From the NCBI GenBank assembly GCA_943788985.1, contig CALSSJ010000012.1, positions 160,001 to 224,000 on the forward strand: a stretch of 64,000 nucleotides of DNA, written 5' to 3'. The notes below the pieces were generated by a model. That model searched no databases, was not told where the DNA came from, and saw only the letters and a list, made by a program, of their open reading frames with translations. Positions 47,452 through 57,917 of the stretch are shown one piece after another (positions within the stretch are counted from its first letter, which is position 1; each line of letters starts with the position of its first letter). Source of the stretch: an uncultured Lentisphaerales bacterium. GTDB taxonomy: Bacteria > Verrucomicrobiota > Lentisphaeria > JABSQK01 > UBA12247. Position numbers and translations under genes: made by a program.

Positions 47452-49008
47452 ATGGCCGTAGCGGAGACCTCGGAGCGACACACGGAGACTGAACTGGCTG
47501 ACGCTCCGGAGAACAACCTGATGCAGAGGCTGTTTTGTTCTCCCAACCGTGTCTTTTTGATCTCGTTTGTGCTCTTGCTGCTCTATAACATCGAGGCAAT
47601 CCAGGATCCTCCGTATTGGGACGAGATCGTGGGGCGTTTTAATACGGCTATTTTGTTGAAACAGACGGGGTGGGACTTTAGGCAGCTGTTCGTGCTTGAG
47701 CCGGGCTATTATGAGGGCGGATCGGCAATCGGAAAGTCCTTTTTGCTTACCTATGTAGAGGCTGTGATGTATGCGGTTCTGCCGCCGGCTGCGATTTTTG
47801 TGCTGCTGCATGTGATGACGATCGCTCTGGCAGCACTGGCCTTTACGTTGTCGTTCGTGCTGCTGGAAAAGCGTGTTGGTGCTGGTCTGGCTGGGCTCTG
47901 GTCGGGGGCAGCAGCGATGCTGCCGATGTGGAATGGGCAAACGGCGGCGCTGGGCAATGATGTGCCGGCCGCAGCCGCGGTGATGCTTGGACTCTACGCG
48001 TTCGACCGGGAACGATATGGCTGGTGTTGTGGTTGGGTGCTTCTGGCGTACCTGTTGAAATCCACGGGGATCATCTTGGCCCTAGCGCTGGTGACTTGGG
48101 CGGTGATTACAGCGGTGGCGGCGTGGCGCACGTCGCGGGTTGAGAGACAGTTTAGTGGAAGGGATATTAGCTTGTTGGTCGGGCCACTGCTGCTGATCAT
48201 TGGGCTGCGGTTTGGTGTTGATTACGGCGAGGGGATGGAGGGCGGCGCACAGCACTTGGCGCAAGGACTGGGCCGGGTGATGGGGTATGGAAAGTTGTGC
48301 ATCCCGCTTCTGTGCTTGAGTGTCCCGGTGCTGATTCTGGTAAGCGCTGGCTTCTTTCTGCGCAAGGGACTGTGGGCCCGGATTCTTGCGCATCGCTTGG
48401 AGTTGATGATTACGATTCTGGTGCTGGGTTTTTGGGCTTCGTTTGTTCTGTATGTGCACTCGCTGCCTCGGTATGCGTCGTTCGCGGTGTTTCCGACCGC
48501 GATGGCGATGTGCCTGATGCTGCCGCGACGGGTGGCCACGGGCCTGGGCATGGTTGTGCTTTGCTGGGGGGCGATCAACCAGCATGGGCTGTTGCTGCCG
48601 AAGTTGCCGTCGTACGTCGGGCGCTCTGGCGAGTATTTGGAGCGGAGCCGTGAGTACTTGGAGGATCTGGCGAGTAACCGGGCGCTTTGCAAATACCTGG
48701 AGGAGAATCACTTTGAGCGAACGATTGTGACCAAGTACCCGCACCTGCACATGCTGTGCTTGCCGGAACTGGGGTATGTGAGTCGGGCGCTGCCGAACGT
48801 GGTCGGGACAGGACTGGTGCCGACCACGGGAGCTGCCAAGCTGTTGCCAAAGGGGCAGGTGATCCCTGCTGGAGCGCTGGTGCTGTATGCGCCGAGCACG
48901 TTCGACTTGCTTTGCGATGTTTCTTTAATGCCTGGCCCCAAAGATCGGTTGATCGAAGGCGATCAGAGCCTGGCCACGCCTGTCCTGATCTATGAGCGGG
49001 GCCAGTAG
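47452..49008 (+). CDS. Polytopic membrane protein, putative GT-C fold glycosyltransferase
   Basis: DPPYWDE in the first loop, many TM helices, LLKSTG, LPRY, soluble C-terminal domain. Confidence 0.6.
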   Translation: MAVAETSERHTETELADAPENNLMQRLFCSPNRVFLISFVLLLLYNIEAIQDPPYWDEIVGRFNTAILLKQTGWDFRQLFVLEPGYYEGGSAIGKSFLLTYVEAVMYAVLPPAAIFVLLHVMTIALAALAFTLSFVLLEKRVGAGLAGLWSGAAAMLPMWNGQTAALGNDVPAAAAVMLGLYAFDRERYGWCCGWVLLAYLLKSTGIILALALVTWAVITAVAAWRTSRVERQFSGRDISLLVGPLLLIIGLRFGVDYGEGMEGGAQHLAQGLGRVMGYGKLCIPLLCLSVPVLILVSAGFFLRKGLWARILAHRLELMITILVLGFWASFVLYVHSLPRYASFAVFPTAMAMCLMLPRRVATGLGMVVLCWGAINQHGLLLPKLPSYVGRSGEYLERSREYLEDLASNRALCKYLEENHFERTIVTKYPHLHMLCLPELGYVSRALPNVVGTGLVPTTGAAKLLPKGQVIPAGALVLYAPSTFDLLCDVSLMPGPKDRLIEGDQSLATPVLIYERGQ

Positions 49009-49102
49009 GGCGGGAAAACCCGGCCTGTTTTCAGGGAAGTACGTTGCGTTCAGGCAGAGCTGTTGTACTTAGGCGTAACGATTGAATGGTTTTGGGGGAC
49101 TC

Positions 49103-50470
49103 ATGCACAAGCCGTCTAGCCAGACGTCCAGACCGAATATCGTCTTTTTTCTGCTGGATGATCTCGGGATCAAGGATCTGGGCTGCTACGGCAGCGCGTT
49201 TCACGAATCGCCACGCATTAACCAAATGGCTGCGGAGGGGATGCGGTTTACGAATGCGTACGCCTCGCATCCAGTCTGTGGGCCTTCGCGGACTGCGATT
49301 CTGTCCGGGCGATCGCCCGGACGGCTGGGCGTGACGAACATTGGCGGGAAGATCGCGGGGGCTGGCGTGCCGTGGCCGAAGGTGCTGCAGGAGGCGGGCT
49401 ACGCGACCTGCTTTGTCGGGAAGTGGCATATGGGCTCGCGGGAATCGGTGCTGGAGAGTGGTTTCGATGTGAACGTGGCTGGCTGCGAAATTGGGCAGCC
49501 TTCTGACTTCTACTATCCGTACCGGTTCTATGACGATGGGCGAGCTTGCGACGGTGATGTCCCTGATATGGCGGATGGCAAGCCTGGGGACTACCTGACT
49601 GACAAGCTGACCGATAAGGCGCTCGACTTTGTGGAGGCGCATCAGGAGGAACCGTTCTTGGTGTACCTCTCGTATTATCAGACGCACAAGCCTCGAATTG
49701 CACCGGCACAGGGCAAGAAGGAGCATGTGGCGCACTTTCAACAGAAACTGGCGGGAATGCCAGAGCCTGCTGGTCCGACGACGCGGGTAGAGGTGCACGG
49801 CGAGGCGCAAACCGTGGAGTGCCTGGTGCAACGCAATGCGGAGTTCGCAGGGCAGATCAAGGCGGTGGACGACAATGTCGGGCGGGTTCTTGACCGATTG
49901 GAAGAGCTGGGGCTGGCTGAGAATACGATCGTGATCTTCACGGCGGATCAGGGGAGCGTCTGCACGAGCGAGGAATTCATGGTGTCGAGTCAGCAGCCGT
50001 ACCGGCTGGGCAAGGCCTGGATGTTCGACGGTGGGCTGCGGGTGCCGTTTTTGGTGCGTTGGCCGGGAATGGTTCCGGCGGGAGCGAAGAGTGACGTGGT
50101 GACAATTAGCACCGATCTTTATCCGACGATGTTGGCGGCAACTGGGCTGCCGGGGCGGCCTGAGCAGCATCAGGATGGGGCGAGTATTTTACCGGTTCTG
50201 TGCGAGGAGAAAGGCTTGCCTGAGCGGGCGCTGGTGTGGGTCTATGATTATGACCACGGCGAGCTTGGGCATAAGGCATCTGTGGCGATCCGCCATCGGG
50301 GGCACAAGCTGATTTACTGGCTCGGCGACGGCCATGCAGAACTTTATGATTCGGAGACCGATGTGGCTGAGGCGCAGGATCTCAGCGCGGAGTATCCGCA
50401 GCTGGTGGCATCCATGATTGATGAATTGAAACAAGTGGACTACATGGAGCAGTACCTATGTCAGAGTTGA
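49103..50470 (+). CDS. Formylglycine-dependent sulfatase (S1), no obvious signal peptide
   Basis: PNIVFFLLDDLG, CGPSRTAILSG, GKWH, DQG, GGLRVP. Confidence 0.93.
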   Translation: MHKPSSQTSRPNIVFFLLDDLGIKDLGCYGSAFHESPRINQMAAEGMRFTNAYASHPVCGPSRTAILSGRSPGRLGVTNIGGKIAGAGVPWPKVLQEAGYATCFVGKWHMGSRESVLESGFDVNVAGCEIGQPSDFYYPYRFYDDGRACDGDVPDMADGKPGDYLTDKLTDKALDFVEAHQEEPFLVYLSYYQTHKPRIAPAQGKKEHVAHFQQKLAGMPEPAGPTTRVEVHGEAQTVECLVQRNAEFAGQIKAVDDNVGRVLDRLEELGLAENTIVIFTADQGSVCTSEEFMVSSQQPYRLGKAWMFDGGLRVPFLVRWPGMVPAGAKSDVVTISTDLYPTMLAATGLPGRPEQHQDGASILPVLCEEKGLPERALVWVYDYDHGELGHKASVAIRHRGHKLIYWLGDGHAELYDSETDVAEAQDLSAEYPQLVASMIDELKQVDYMEQYLCQS

Positions 50471-52401
50471 CGGTGCCGGGAATTTTTGGTAATGGGATGG
50501 TTTTGCAGTGCGAGGCACCTGTGCCGGTGTGGGGCAAGGGGCCTGCGGGCGCTGAGATTTCGGTCTGCTTGAGGGCCAAGATGGCACGGGCACGCGTGGC
50601 GGATGATGGCTGTTGGCGGCTGGAACTGGAGCCACTGGCTGCCAGTGCAGAGCCGGCTGAGCTGCGAATTTCGGCAGAACCGGCTGCGGTGAATGGCAGC
50701 GTGACGATTCAGAACGTCCTGGTGGGCGAGGTCTGGGTTTGCTCCGGGCAGTCCAATATGGAATGGATTCTGCGTGATACGGAGAATGCGGTGGTGGAGA
50801 TTGCGGGAGCGGACTACCCGGAGATTCGCCGGTTTAAGGTTCCGCATTTGAGTGAGTTCGAAGAGCAGGATGACTGCCCCGGAAGCTGGGCAGTGTGCTC
50901 GCCCGAGACTGCAGCGTCCTTTACCGCGGTCGGGTACTACTTCGCAAAGGGGATTCGGCGCAGCAAGGATATTCCGGTGGGACTGATCAGCTCAAACTGG
51001 GGCGGGACGCCGGTCGAGAGCTGGAGCAGCCTGCCCGCTCTTCGGGCGCACGCAGACTGGGCAGATTTCGAGAAGCGGATCGCCGCTGTTCAGGAAACGC
51101 TGGCTGATCCGGAGAATGGAGATGATGTACGGGAGTCCGCAGCTTTTGCCCAGGCTCAGGAGGCATGGGATGTGCTGGCCGACTCGGAGCAGGCGTTTGC
51201 GCGGGTAGGGTTTGACGATAGCGCCTGGGACACGATGCTGGTGCCGCAGTTGTGGGAGAAGGTGGGGCTTGAGGTGGACGGGGTGGTCTGGTTCAGGACG
51301 ACGATCGAGCTACCGGCGGACTGGGCAGGCGAAGATGCGGTGCTAAACTTGGGCCCTGTGGACGACTACGATAATACGTTCTGGAATGGGACGCGGATCG
51401 GCGGTGTGGGGCCGGATACGGCGAACTCGTGGCAAGTACCACGGCAGTACACGATTGCTGGAGAGCTGATCAAGCCGGGGCGTAATTTGCTGGCGGTTCG
51501 TGTGTTCAATGTGATGGGGGCCGGGGGGATCTGCGGGACGCCCGAGGGATTGGCGCTTTGCCGCGCGAGCGGAGGAGCGGGGCTCAACCTGGCAGGTGAT
51601 TGGCGCTATCAAGTTCATCTGCGCCGGCCGTTGGGGGAACCACTTAATATGGGCTGGTTGCCGGGCGGGCTGTACAACGCGATGATCCATCCGCTTATTT
51701 CGTATGGGATTCGCGGGGTAATCTGGTATCAGGGCGAGTCGAATGCGGATCGGGCTCTTCAGTATCAAACGCTTTTTGCCGATATGATTCGGGACTGGCG
51801 GTCGGCATGGGGGCAGGGAGACTTTCCTTTCTATTTTGTGCAACTGGCCAATTTTAATGAGCCGCAGACGGAGCCCGGAAGTGGGAATTTTGCGGAGCTG
51901 CGGGAAGCGCAAACGATGGCTTTGGCACTGCCAGAGACGGGGATGGCTGTGATCGTAGATATTGGCGAAGCCGTGGATATCCATCCGCAGAACAAGCGCG
52001 ATGTGGGCGAGCGTCTGGCAGTGATCGCGCGGAACCAGATTTATGGTGAGCCGGAGCTGGTTTACTCAGGACCGCTGTACGAGTCGCAGCAGGCCGTGAA
52101 TGGCAGGCTGCAGCTCAAGTTTACGCACGCTGGTACTGGGATTACCACGGCCGAGATTCACAGCGAAGGGAAGTACACGGTGCGGGAGCCGGGCAAGATC
52201 GCACCGAGCGGTTTCGCGTTGGGCAAGCCTGATGGGAGTTGGGTCTGGGCGCAGGCTCGGATTGTCGGGCTGGACACGATTGAGCTCTGGCATGATGAGG
52301 TACCGGCGCCCAGCGATGTTCGCTATGGCTGGCACGACAACCCGGTGTGCAATGTCTACAATCGCGAGGGCTTGCCCGCCGTTCCGTTTCGAACTCGATA
52401 A
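50458..52401 (+). CDS. Sialate O-acetylesterase (SASA) family protein with inserted beta-domain
   Basis: GEVWVCSGQSNME, WGGTPVESW, YNAMIHP, WYQGESN, VQLANF, DIHPQNK. Confidence 0.92.
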   Translation: MSELTVPGIFGNGMVLQCEAPVPVWGKGPAGAEISVCLRAKMARARVADDGCWRLELEPLAASAEPAELRISAEPAAVNGSVTIQNVLVGEVWVCSGQSNMEWILRDTENAVVEIAGADYPEIRRFKVPHLSEFEEQDDCPGSWAVCSPETAASFTAVGYYFAKGIRRSKDIPVGLISSNWGGTPVESWSSLPALRAHADWADFEKRIAAVQETLADPENGDDVRESAAFAQAQEAWDVLADSEQAFARVGFDDSAWDTMLVPQLWEKVGLEVDGVVWFRTTIELPADWAGEDAVLNLGPVDDYDNTFWNGTRIGGVGPDTANSWQVPRQYTIAGELIKPGRNLLAVRVFNVMGAGGICGTPEGLALCRASGGAGLNLAGDWRYQVHLRRPLGEPLNMGWLPGGLYNAMIHPLISYGIRGVIWYQGESNADRALQYQTLFADMIRDWRSAWGQGDFPFYFVQLANFNEPQTEPGSGNFAELREAQTMALALPETGMAVIVDIGEAVDIHPQNKRDVGERLAVIARNQIYGEPELVYSGPLYESQQAVNGRLQLKFTHAGTGITTAEIHSEGKYTVREPGKIAPSGFALGKPDGSWVWAQARIVGLDTIELWHDEVPAPSDVRYGWHDNPVCNVYNREGLPAVPFRTR

Positions 52402-52420
52402 GGAGTCGGAATCACAAAAC

Positions 52421-54682
52421 ATGAAGAGCCTGATAGTCATGAGTTTAATCACTGCCACATTTGCTGCGACAGCAGAGGAAACATTACCCGCACTGAAGGA
52501 TGGCACGGGGCCGCAAAATTTTGAGGAGCTGTGGGCTGGTTTTGACCCGCAGGCGGAGCCGCTGGATGTGGAGGTACTGCAGGAATGGGAAGAGGATGGA
52601 GTGCTGTTGAAGGTGCTTCGCTATCGCATCGGTGTGTTCAAGGGGCAGAGGGCGATGATGGCGGCTGTGTATGGTGCGCCGAAGGACGGCAGCGACTTGC
52701 CAGGGTTGGTGCAGATTCACGGTGGTGGCCAGTACGCGCACTCGAATGCTTGCCTGACTAATGCGAAGCGTGGCTACGCGACCCTTTCGGTCGCTTGGGC
52801 TGGGCGGCTTTCGGGCGGGGGCTATCATGTCAGCCCGGGCGTGGTGAAGCTCTACTGGGAAGGCAAAACCGATGACCCGAGTTATAAAGTGACGACTGAT
52901 TGGGGCGCGTTGGACGGGTATCACGCGCCGTTTCGCTATCAGCATGCATTTTCGGTTGCGAAGCCCCATGAGCACTCGTTCGACGCGGTGGCTTCGCCAC
53001 GGAATGACTCCTGGTTTCTCTGTGCGCTCGGAGCGCGCCGAGCCCTGACATTTCTGGAGCGGCAGCCAGAGGTGAATGGCGAGAAACTTGGCGTCTATGG
53101 GCACTCGATGGGCGGCAAGCTTACGGTGATGACAGCCGGTGCAGATGCTCGGGTGAAAGCCGCAGCTCCGTCCTGTGGCGGAATCAGCCATCGCAATGAT
53201 AAGGATCCGCTGATTTCTACGACGACGTGCGATGATGTGTACTTGAAGCGCTTGAGCTGTCCGATCATGTTCTTGAGCCCGGCGAACGACTTTCACGGCC
53301 GGATCGATGACTTGGAAACGGCAGTTAGGGAGATCAAAACTGAGGAATGGCGAATTACTTCGGCCGCGCATCATAACCACCAAGACACTGCTGACTATGA
53401 GGTCGCGACGCAGTTGTGGATGGACGAGCACCTAAAGGGTACGTTTAGCTGGCCGGAGACGCCGCAGGTGGAGCTGACGCTTGTGGGTAAGGAGATGCCC
53501 GAGGCGCTGGTGACTCCGGATGCGTCACGGCGAATTTTGTCGGTGGATGTGTATTATTCGCAGCAGTTTGATCAGCCAGCCGGGGATCGGTTCTGGCATT
53601 ATGTGGCACCTGTTCAGAACGGTGGAAGCTGGCTGGCCAAGCTGCCGCTGCACAGTGTGGACAAGGAAGTTGCGGTGTTCGCGAACATACGCTATGCCTT
53701 GGACGAGCCGGTTACGGGGGCAGGCTACTACTACGGAATCTACACGACGGAGGCAGCAAACCTTTCGTCCTTGCTACAGGTGATCAGCGTCAAGGAGTTG
53801 AAGGCGGCGAAGATCGGCGCGACGATGAAGCAGTCGCAGCTGATTGAGAGTTTTGAGGGGGATTGGGAGAAGGAGTGGTTTACGTACAAGCAAGATCCGG
53901 CGCTGTGGGGAAGAACCACGCGGAAGGCCTGTGACGATGCCTACCGGGCTCCGGCCTTTGCTAAGCTGGCCCTCGAGGTTCAGGCCGAGCAGGCGAATAC
54001 ACTGAGGGTGGGGCTGGGCCAGATGAACGCTGAAGTCGCGCTGGAGGGTGGGGGCAATTGGCAGGAGGTCGTACTATTTCCCGTGGACTTTGCGGATGCT
54101 GATGGCGCCGTCCGGCTTGACTGGGAGGGCGTTTGGGAGCTTTCGCTGGACAAGAGCGGAAAGTGGCAAGGAGCCGCGCCAGCGTTTCGGAATCTGCGTT
54201 GGCAGGAGGGGATGCGCGAGGAATTGAATGCGCGCCGTGAGGTGAAGCTGCTCCAGGCACCAGTCGTGGCTGGCAAGGTTTTCTTGGACGTCGAGTATGC
54301 GGATGCGGCGACGCACGGTTACAAGATCGCGATGAATAGCTGGCTAGATGGGAAGCCACTGGTAAGAGACGGGAAGACCTACGCCAACGGGCTTAGTACT
54401 CATGCCGCTTCGGAGCTGGTCTTCTTTCTGGGCGGGAAGTTCGAGGGGTTCGATGCCATTGCGCTAGCCGGGCCGGGCGCCACAGTCGCTTTCTCCGTGC
54501 GCGTCGATGGTGCCACGGTGTTCGAGAGCGGGGCGCTTAAGCCGGACCAGTCCAAGCCCATTGCCCTGTCTTTACGCGGTCGGCAGGAGCTGAAGCTGGT
54601 CGTGACAGACGGCGGCAATGGCAAGGGCGGCGATCACGCCTGCTGGTTGGACGCGCAACTGACGCTGTCCGCTGAGAAGTAG
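52421..54682 (+). CDS. Secreted dienelactone hydrolase/esterase-like protein with C-terminal NPCBM/NEW2 domain
   Basis: Signal peptide; HGGGQ, GHSMGG; C-terminal GL.THA...L.LVVTDGGNG...DHACW; AAGGAG upstream. Confidence 0.85.
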   Translation: MKSLIVMSLITATFAATAEETLPALKDGTGPQNFEELWAGFDPQAEPLDVEVLQEWEEDGVLLKVLRYRIGVFKGQRAMMAAVYGAPKDGSDLPGLVQIHGGGQYAHSNACLTNAKRGYATLSVAWAGRLSGGGYHVSPGVVKLYWEGKTDDPSYKVTTDWGALDGYHAPFRYQHAFSVAKPHEHSFDAVASPRNDSWFLCALGARRALTFLERQPEVNGEKLGVYGHSMGGKLTVMTAGADARVKAAAPSCGGISHRNDKDPLISTTTCDDVYLKRLSCPIMFLSPANDFHGRIDDLETAVREIKTEEWRITSAAHHNHQDTADYEVATQLWMDEHLKGTFSWPETPQVELTLVGKEMPEALVTPDASRRILSVDVYYSQQFDQPAGDRFWHYVAPVQNGGSWLAKLPLHSVDKEVAVFANIRYALDEPVTGAGYYYGIYTTEAANLSSLLQVISVKELKAAKIGATMKQSQLIESFEGDWEKEWFTYKQDPALWGRTTRKACDDAYRAPAFAKLALEVQAEQANTLRVGLGQMNAEVALEGGGNWQEVVLFPVDFADADGAVRLDWEGVWELSLDKSGKWQGAAPAFRNLRWQEGMREELNARREVKLLQAPVVAGKVFLDVEYADAATHGYKIAMNSWLDGKPLVRDGKTYANGLSTHAASELVFFLGGKFEGFDAIALAGPGATVAFSVRVDGATVFESGALKPDQSKPIALSLRGRQELKLVVTDGGNGKGGDHACWLDAQLTLSAEK

Positions 54683-54689
54683 GCGTCGG

Positions 54690-56039
54690 ATGAATAATGG
54701 CATCACCGAGAAAGGCATGTTGGTCACGCACGCGGCAGTGGATGGCGAGCCGTTGTCAGAGGACTATCGAATTTGGGTCAATAGCCAGAGCGTTCCTGTG
54801 TACGTGGCACAGCTGGATGACTATCGAAACAGTCCGCTGGACATGGAGGACTTTTACTCGTTCGCGAGCTTTGAGTTTGCGGGGCCAGTGACGGTGGTGA
54901 TCGAGTCGAGCGAACCACTGACGGCGCTTTCGATTCGACCGAATGCGGAGGATGTGGCGGTCGAACTGGAGGGGAATAGGGCTACGTTTGCGCTGGAGCG
55001 CTGCGAGAACTTCTTGATCGAGCGCAACGGCAACGGACGCAAGGATCCGCTGCTGCTGTTCGCGAATCCAATGGAGGTTGAGCCACCAGTGGCGGGTGCC
55101 CCGGACGTGGTGCACTTCGGGGCAGGGCGGCATAACCCCGGTCTGATCGAACTGCACAGCGGCCAGACGCTCTATATTGCTGGGGGAGCGATTGTCACGG
55201 GTAGGGTGGTGGCCCGGGGAGACGGCATCCAGATCCTGGGGCGCGGCCTGCTGGAGAACTCGGCGCAGGAATACTACGGGAAGCATATGGTCCTGTTCGA
55301 GAACTGCACAAATGCGAGGATCGAGGGCATCGTGTTGCGCAAGGCCAGTCAACATTGGACGCTGGTGACGAAGCAATGTGACGGCGTGGTGGTCTCAAAC
55401 GTCAAGATCTGCGGGTCTTTCTACGGGAACGATGACGGCATCGACCCGGTGAATACCCGGAACATGCTGGTGGAAAAATGCCTGATCCGAACCAAGGATG
55501 ACTGCCTGGCGTTCAAGGGGATGGATGACGCGCTAAGCAACTGCGAGAACATCACCGTCACCCACACGACGATGTGGACGGACCAGTGCTGCACGATTCT
55601 GTTGGGAGATGAGTCCCGCGCCGCGCACATGCGAAACATTACGATTAAGGACTGCTTCGTGCCCTACCTCAGTTATGAGGGATATCCGAAGAAGTTCCTG
55701 ATGTTGCACGCAGGGGAGGAGATGCGGCTGGAGAACATCCAGATCGAGAATATCCAGATTTGCGGCGAGGGCCAGGATCACAATTACATCGAGATGTGCT
55801 GTGAGTTCAACCAATACTGTAAGTCGCAGACTGCGGGAATCATCAGCAACATTTTGCTCAAGGACATCCATCTGACGGGGGATGACGGCGGCTACGTGAT
55901 CCTGCTCAAAGGCTACGACGAGGCCCACCCGATTGAGGATGTCGTGTTCGAAAACTGTACGATTAATGGCCGTCGGCTGACTGCCGAGTATCCGAATCTC
56001 GAGGCCAACGAGTTTGTCCGGGGGACGACGTTCGGCTAA
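54690..56039 (+). CDS. Pectin lyase-fold glycoside hydrolase (GH28-like)
   Basis: LYIAGGA.V, I.GRG, NDDGID, RTKDDC; beta-helix repeats. Confidence 0.8.
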   Translation: MNNGITEKGMLVTHAAVDGEPLSEDYRIWVNSQSVPVYVAQLDDYRNSPLDMEDFYSFASFEFAGPVTVVIESSEPLTALSIRPNAEDVAVELEGNRATFALERCENFLIERNGNGRKDPLLLFANPMEVEPPVAGAPDVVHFGAGRHNPGLIELHSGQTLYIAGGAIVTGRVVARGDGIQILGRGLLENSAQEYYGKHMVLFENCTNARIEGIVLRKASQHWTLVTKQCDGVVVSNVKICGSFYGNDDGIDPVNTRNMLVEKCLIRTKDDCLAFKGMDDALSNCENITVTHTTMWTDQCCTILLGDESRAAHMRNITIKDCFVPYLSYEGYPKKFLMLHAGEEMRLENIQIENIQICGEGQDHNYIEMCCEFNQYCKSQTAGIISNILLKDIHLTGDDGGYVILLKGYDEAHPIEDVVFENCTINGRRLTAEYPNLEANEFVRGTTFG

Positions 56040-56042
56040 GCG

Positions 56043-56204
56043 AAGGCCCCGCGTGGAAATAAGGGTACATTTTTCTGCTGGCCATTTTTTCTGGCAAGGC
56101 GGAAACGAATCCGTACTTACGGGTACGCGTCGCTCCACGTGCCTAGCATCTCACGATTCGGCGCTCCCGCCAAAATGTAACGTTAATTGCGCGCGGGCCC
56201 CAAG
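56043..56204 (-). mobile_element. MITE-like element, family A copy 2 (shorter, inverted)
   Basis: Reverse complement matches 7975..8254 at both ends and in blocks such as gcgccga...gcgtaccc and gccttgcc..aaaatggccag; fills the gap between convergent stop codons. Confidence 0.7.
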
Positions 56205-56205
56205 T

Positions 56206-57201
56206 TTACTTGATCCGCAGCGTGATCGTGGACTTCTCGCGGTCTTCGCTGAGGACCACGGCGAGGCGGCCACTTTCGCAGAGTTGCTTTCCATTGTAGA
56301 TCTGGAAGGCACCATAGCGCTTGTCTGGCCTACTCTTGACCGGCTCCAACTCGATTTCGACTTTACGCGCCCCCCATGGGCCGTGAAGGACGGCGTCGGT
56401 AACATTAGGTACTCCCGTCATCGCTTGTGAGAAGGAATAGGTACCGCGGAGCTTCGGGCCTGACAGCTTCATCTCCCAGCCTTCTGTTTCGGCATCGATC
56501 TCTTGTTGCTCCTTGTTCTGAAAATCAACGCTGGGCAAGATGTAGATGCAGGGCACCAGGCTGGCTGGTAGCGGGAGACGAGATGGCTCATCGTAGGCGA
56601 CTTTAAAAGTCACGCCTTTTTCGTCGAGTGCGATGGTCAGGGTGAACGTGGCTTCGTCTGTAAACGTACCTTCCACGGTCAACTCGCTCGGCTTGGTCAG
56701 GCGCTGTGGTTTCGGCGCCTGCTCGATACTGGCGATTTCCTTGTGCTGGGTCCGAGACTCAGGGGGCATCCGTTCATTGGTGTGCGTGCGGTGAATGCGA
56801 AATACGATACCGGGACCGACCACTTTACCGTCCTCCAGCACCTGGACAAGCAAGGCGCCGCCAGCTTGAAGCATAGCGCGATAGTGTTGGGTGGTATAGA
56901 GAGTGTTCACGCCTTTCAGACCGCTGGCCGTAAACGCCGGAAGCTGGCCTTCCCTCGTGGCGATGGCTCCAGTCCCGCCGCCCTTCTGCCCGCGTGCCCG
57001 AGCTTTTTTCTGGTCTGCTGGGCTCAGGCGAGCCAGCGGGATGATACGCTCGCGCCCGTCCGCATCTTTGAGAACGACGGTGTTGCCTTTAACCCCGACA
57101 AACTCCGCCTCAAGGGATTTGCCGCTCGCGCTGGTCCAAGACTCTAGGGGGCCGGCGACGAGAAGCGGGGCGGCAAGAAAAAGGACAATTAGTCGGCTCA
57201 T
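56206..57201 (-). CDS. Secreted SHD1 (SLA1 homology domain 1) protein
   Basis: Signal peptide, then WTSASGKSLEAEF...V.LK...IPLARLSPADQ. Confidence 0.82.
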   Translation of the reverse strand: MSRLIVLFLAAPLLVAGPLESWTSASGKSLEAEFVGVKGNTVVLKDADGRERIIPLARLSPADQKKARARGQKGGGTGAIATREGQLPAFTASGLKGVNTLYTTQHYRAMLQAGGALLVQVLEDGKVVGPGIVFRIHRTHTNERMPPESRTQHKEIASIEQAPKPQRLTKPSELTVEGTFTDEATFTLTIALDEKGVTFKVAYDEPSRLPLPASLVPCIYILPSVDFQNKEQQEIDAETEGWEMKLSGPKLRGTYSFSQAMTGVPNVTDAVLHGPWGARKVEIELEPVKSRPDKRYGAFQIYNGKQLCESGRLAVVLSEDREKSTITLRIK

Positions 57202-57406
57202 GGTCGTTATACCTGGTCGGTGCCTGTCGAATACACCAAGATTTTACCCATTCTTTGGGGATATGCAAGCGATTAAACTCCGACATGCCGGTGCACCAAG
57301 TACCTCGACAAATGCACAGTTTAGCAGGGCATCGCGGAATGGATTCGTCCCCAAAGAGCGGACCGATGACAGAGATTTTGGCCTATGGGAATGACTTGGA
57401 GGGCAT

Positions 57407-57917
57407 GAGCAATTCAGCGGTTGCTAGCAAACCGTCCTACAGGCGCCTGTGGGAATACGGTTTGGTTGGCCTCTGTTGCCTCGTACTGGTCGTGGGGTAG
57501 TTCGTATTGCCCCTTGGTTTGCAAGACCTGAAGCGCTGCGTGCAGGCGCGGGTGTGGGAGGGCGCCATCGGCTGGGTGGCAGAGCGCGAGACAATCAGCG
57601 ATGGCACACCGGGCTTGATGGTGAGTTATCGCGATCGGGGCGCTGAAAGCATCTACGGTGGGACCGCGCACGTCACCTTGAACGCAAAGGAGCATCTCAA
57701 AAGGCTGTTCGGCCAACCTGAAACACGTCCAATTCGAGGAACGCGAGTTCCACTACACGTAGAGCTTTGCAGGTCGGCTCTACACTGGCGATGTCTTCTC
57801 AGTCTGGGTCCCTGTCGCGAGCGAGTCCGAAGCGGAAGAGCATGCCGTGACTGCCTTGCTGGCCCTGCCGGAGCCCGGGCCTCATCGAGGCCTTTTTCAC
57901 GTTGCCAGCAAGATTAA
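57407..57917 (+). pseudogene. Possible disrupted membrane-anchored protein gene
   Basis: GGAGG RBS plus ATG57407; hydrophobic segment interrupted by TAG 57498-57500; same frame open to 57917. Confidence 0.35.

Noticed and set aside
46121..47599. N-terminally extended MtnA (492 aa), and similar extensions of ORFs 20874..22781, 29729..31543 and 52100..54682
   Set aside because: The extensions run through a MITE or the neighbouring gene; family homology and RBS support the downstream starts.
49009..49032. Intrinsic terminator after the GT-C gene
   Set aside because: Short bulged stem and weak U-tract; not enough support.
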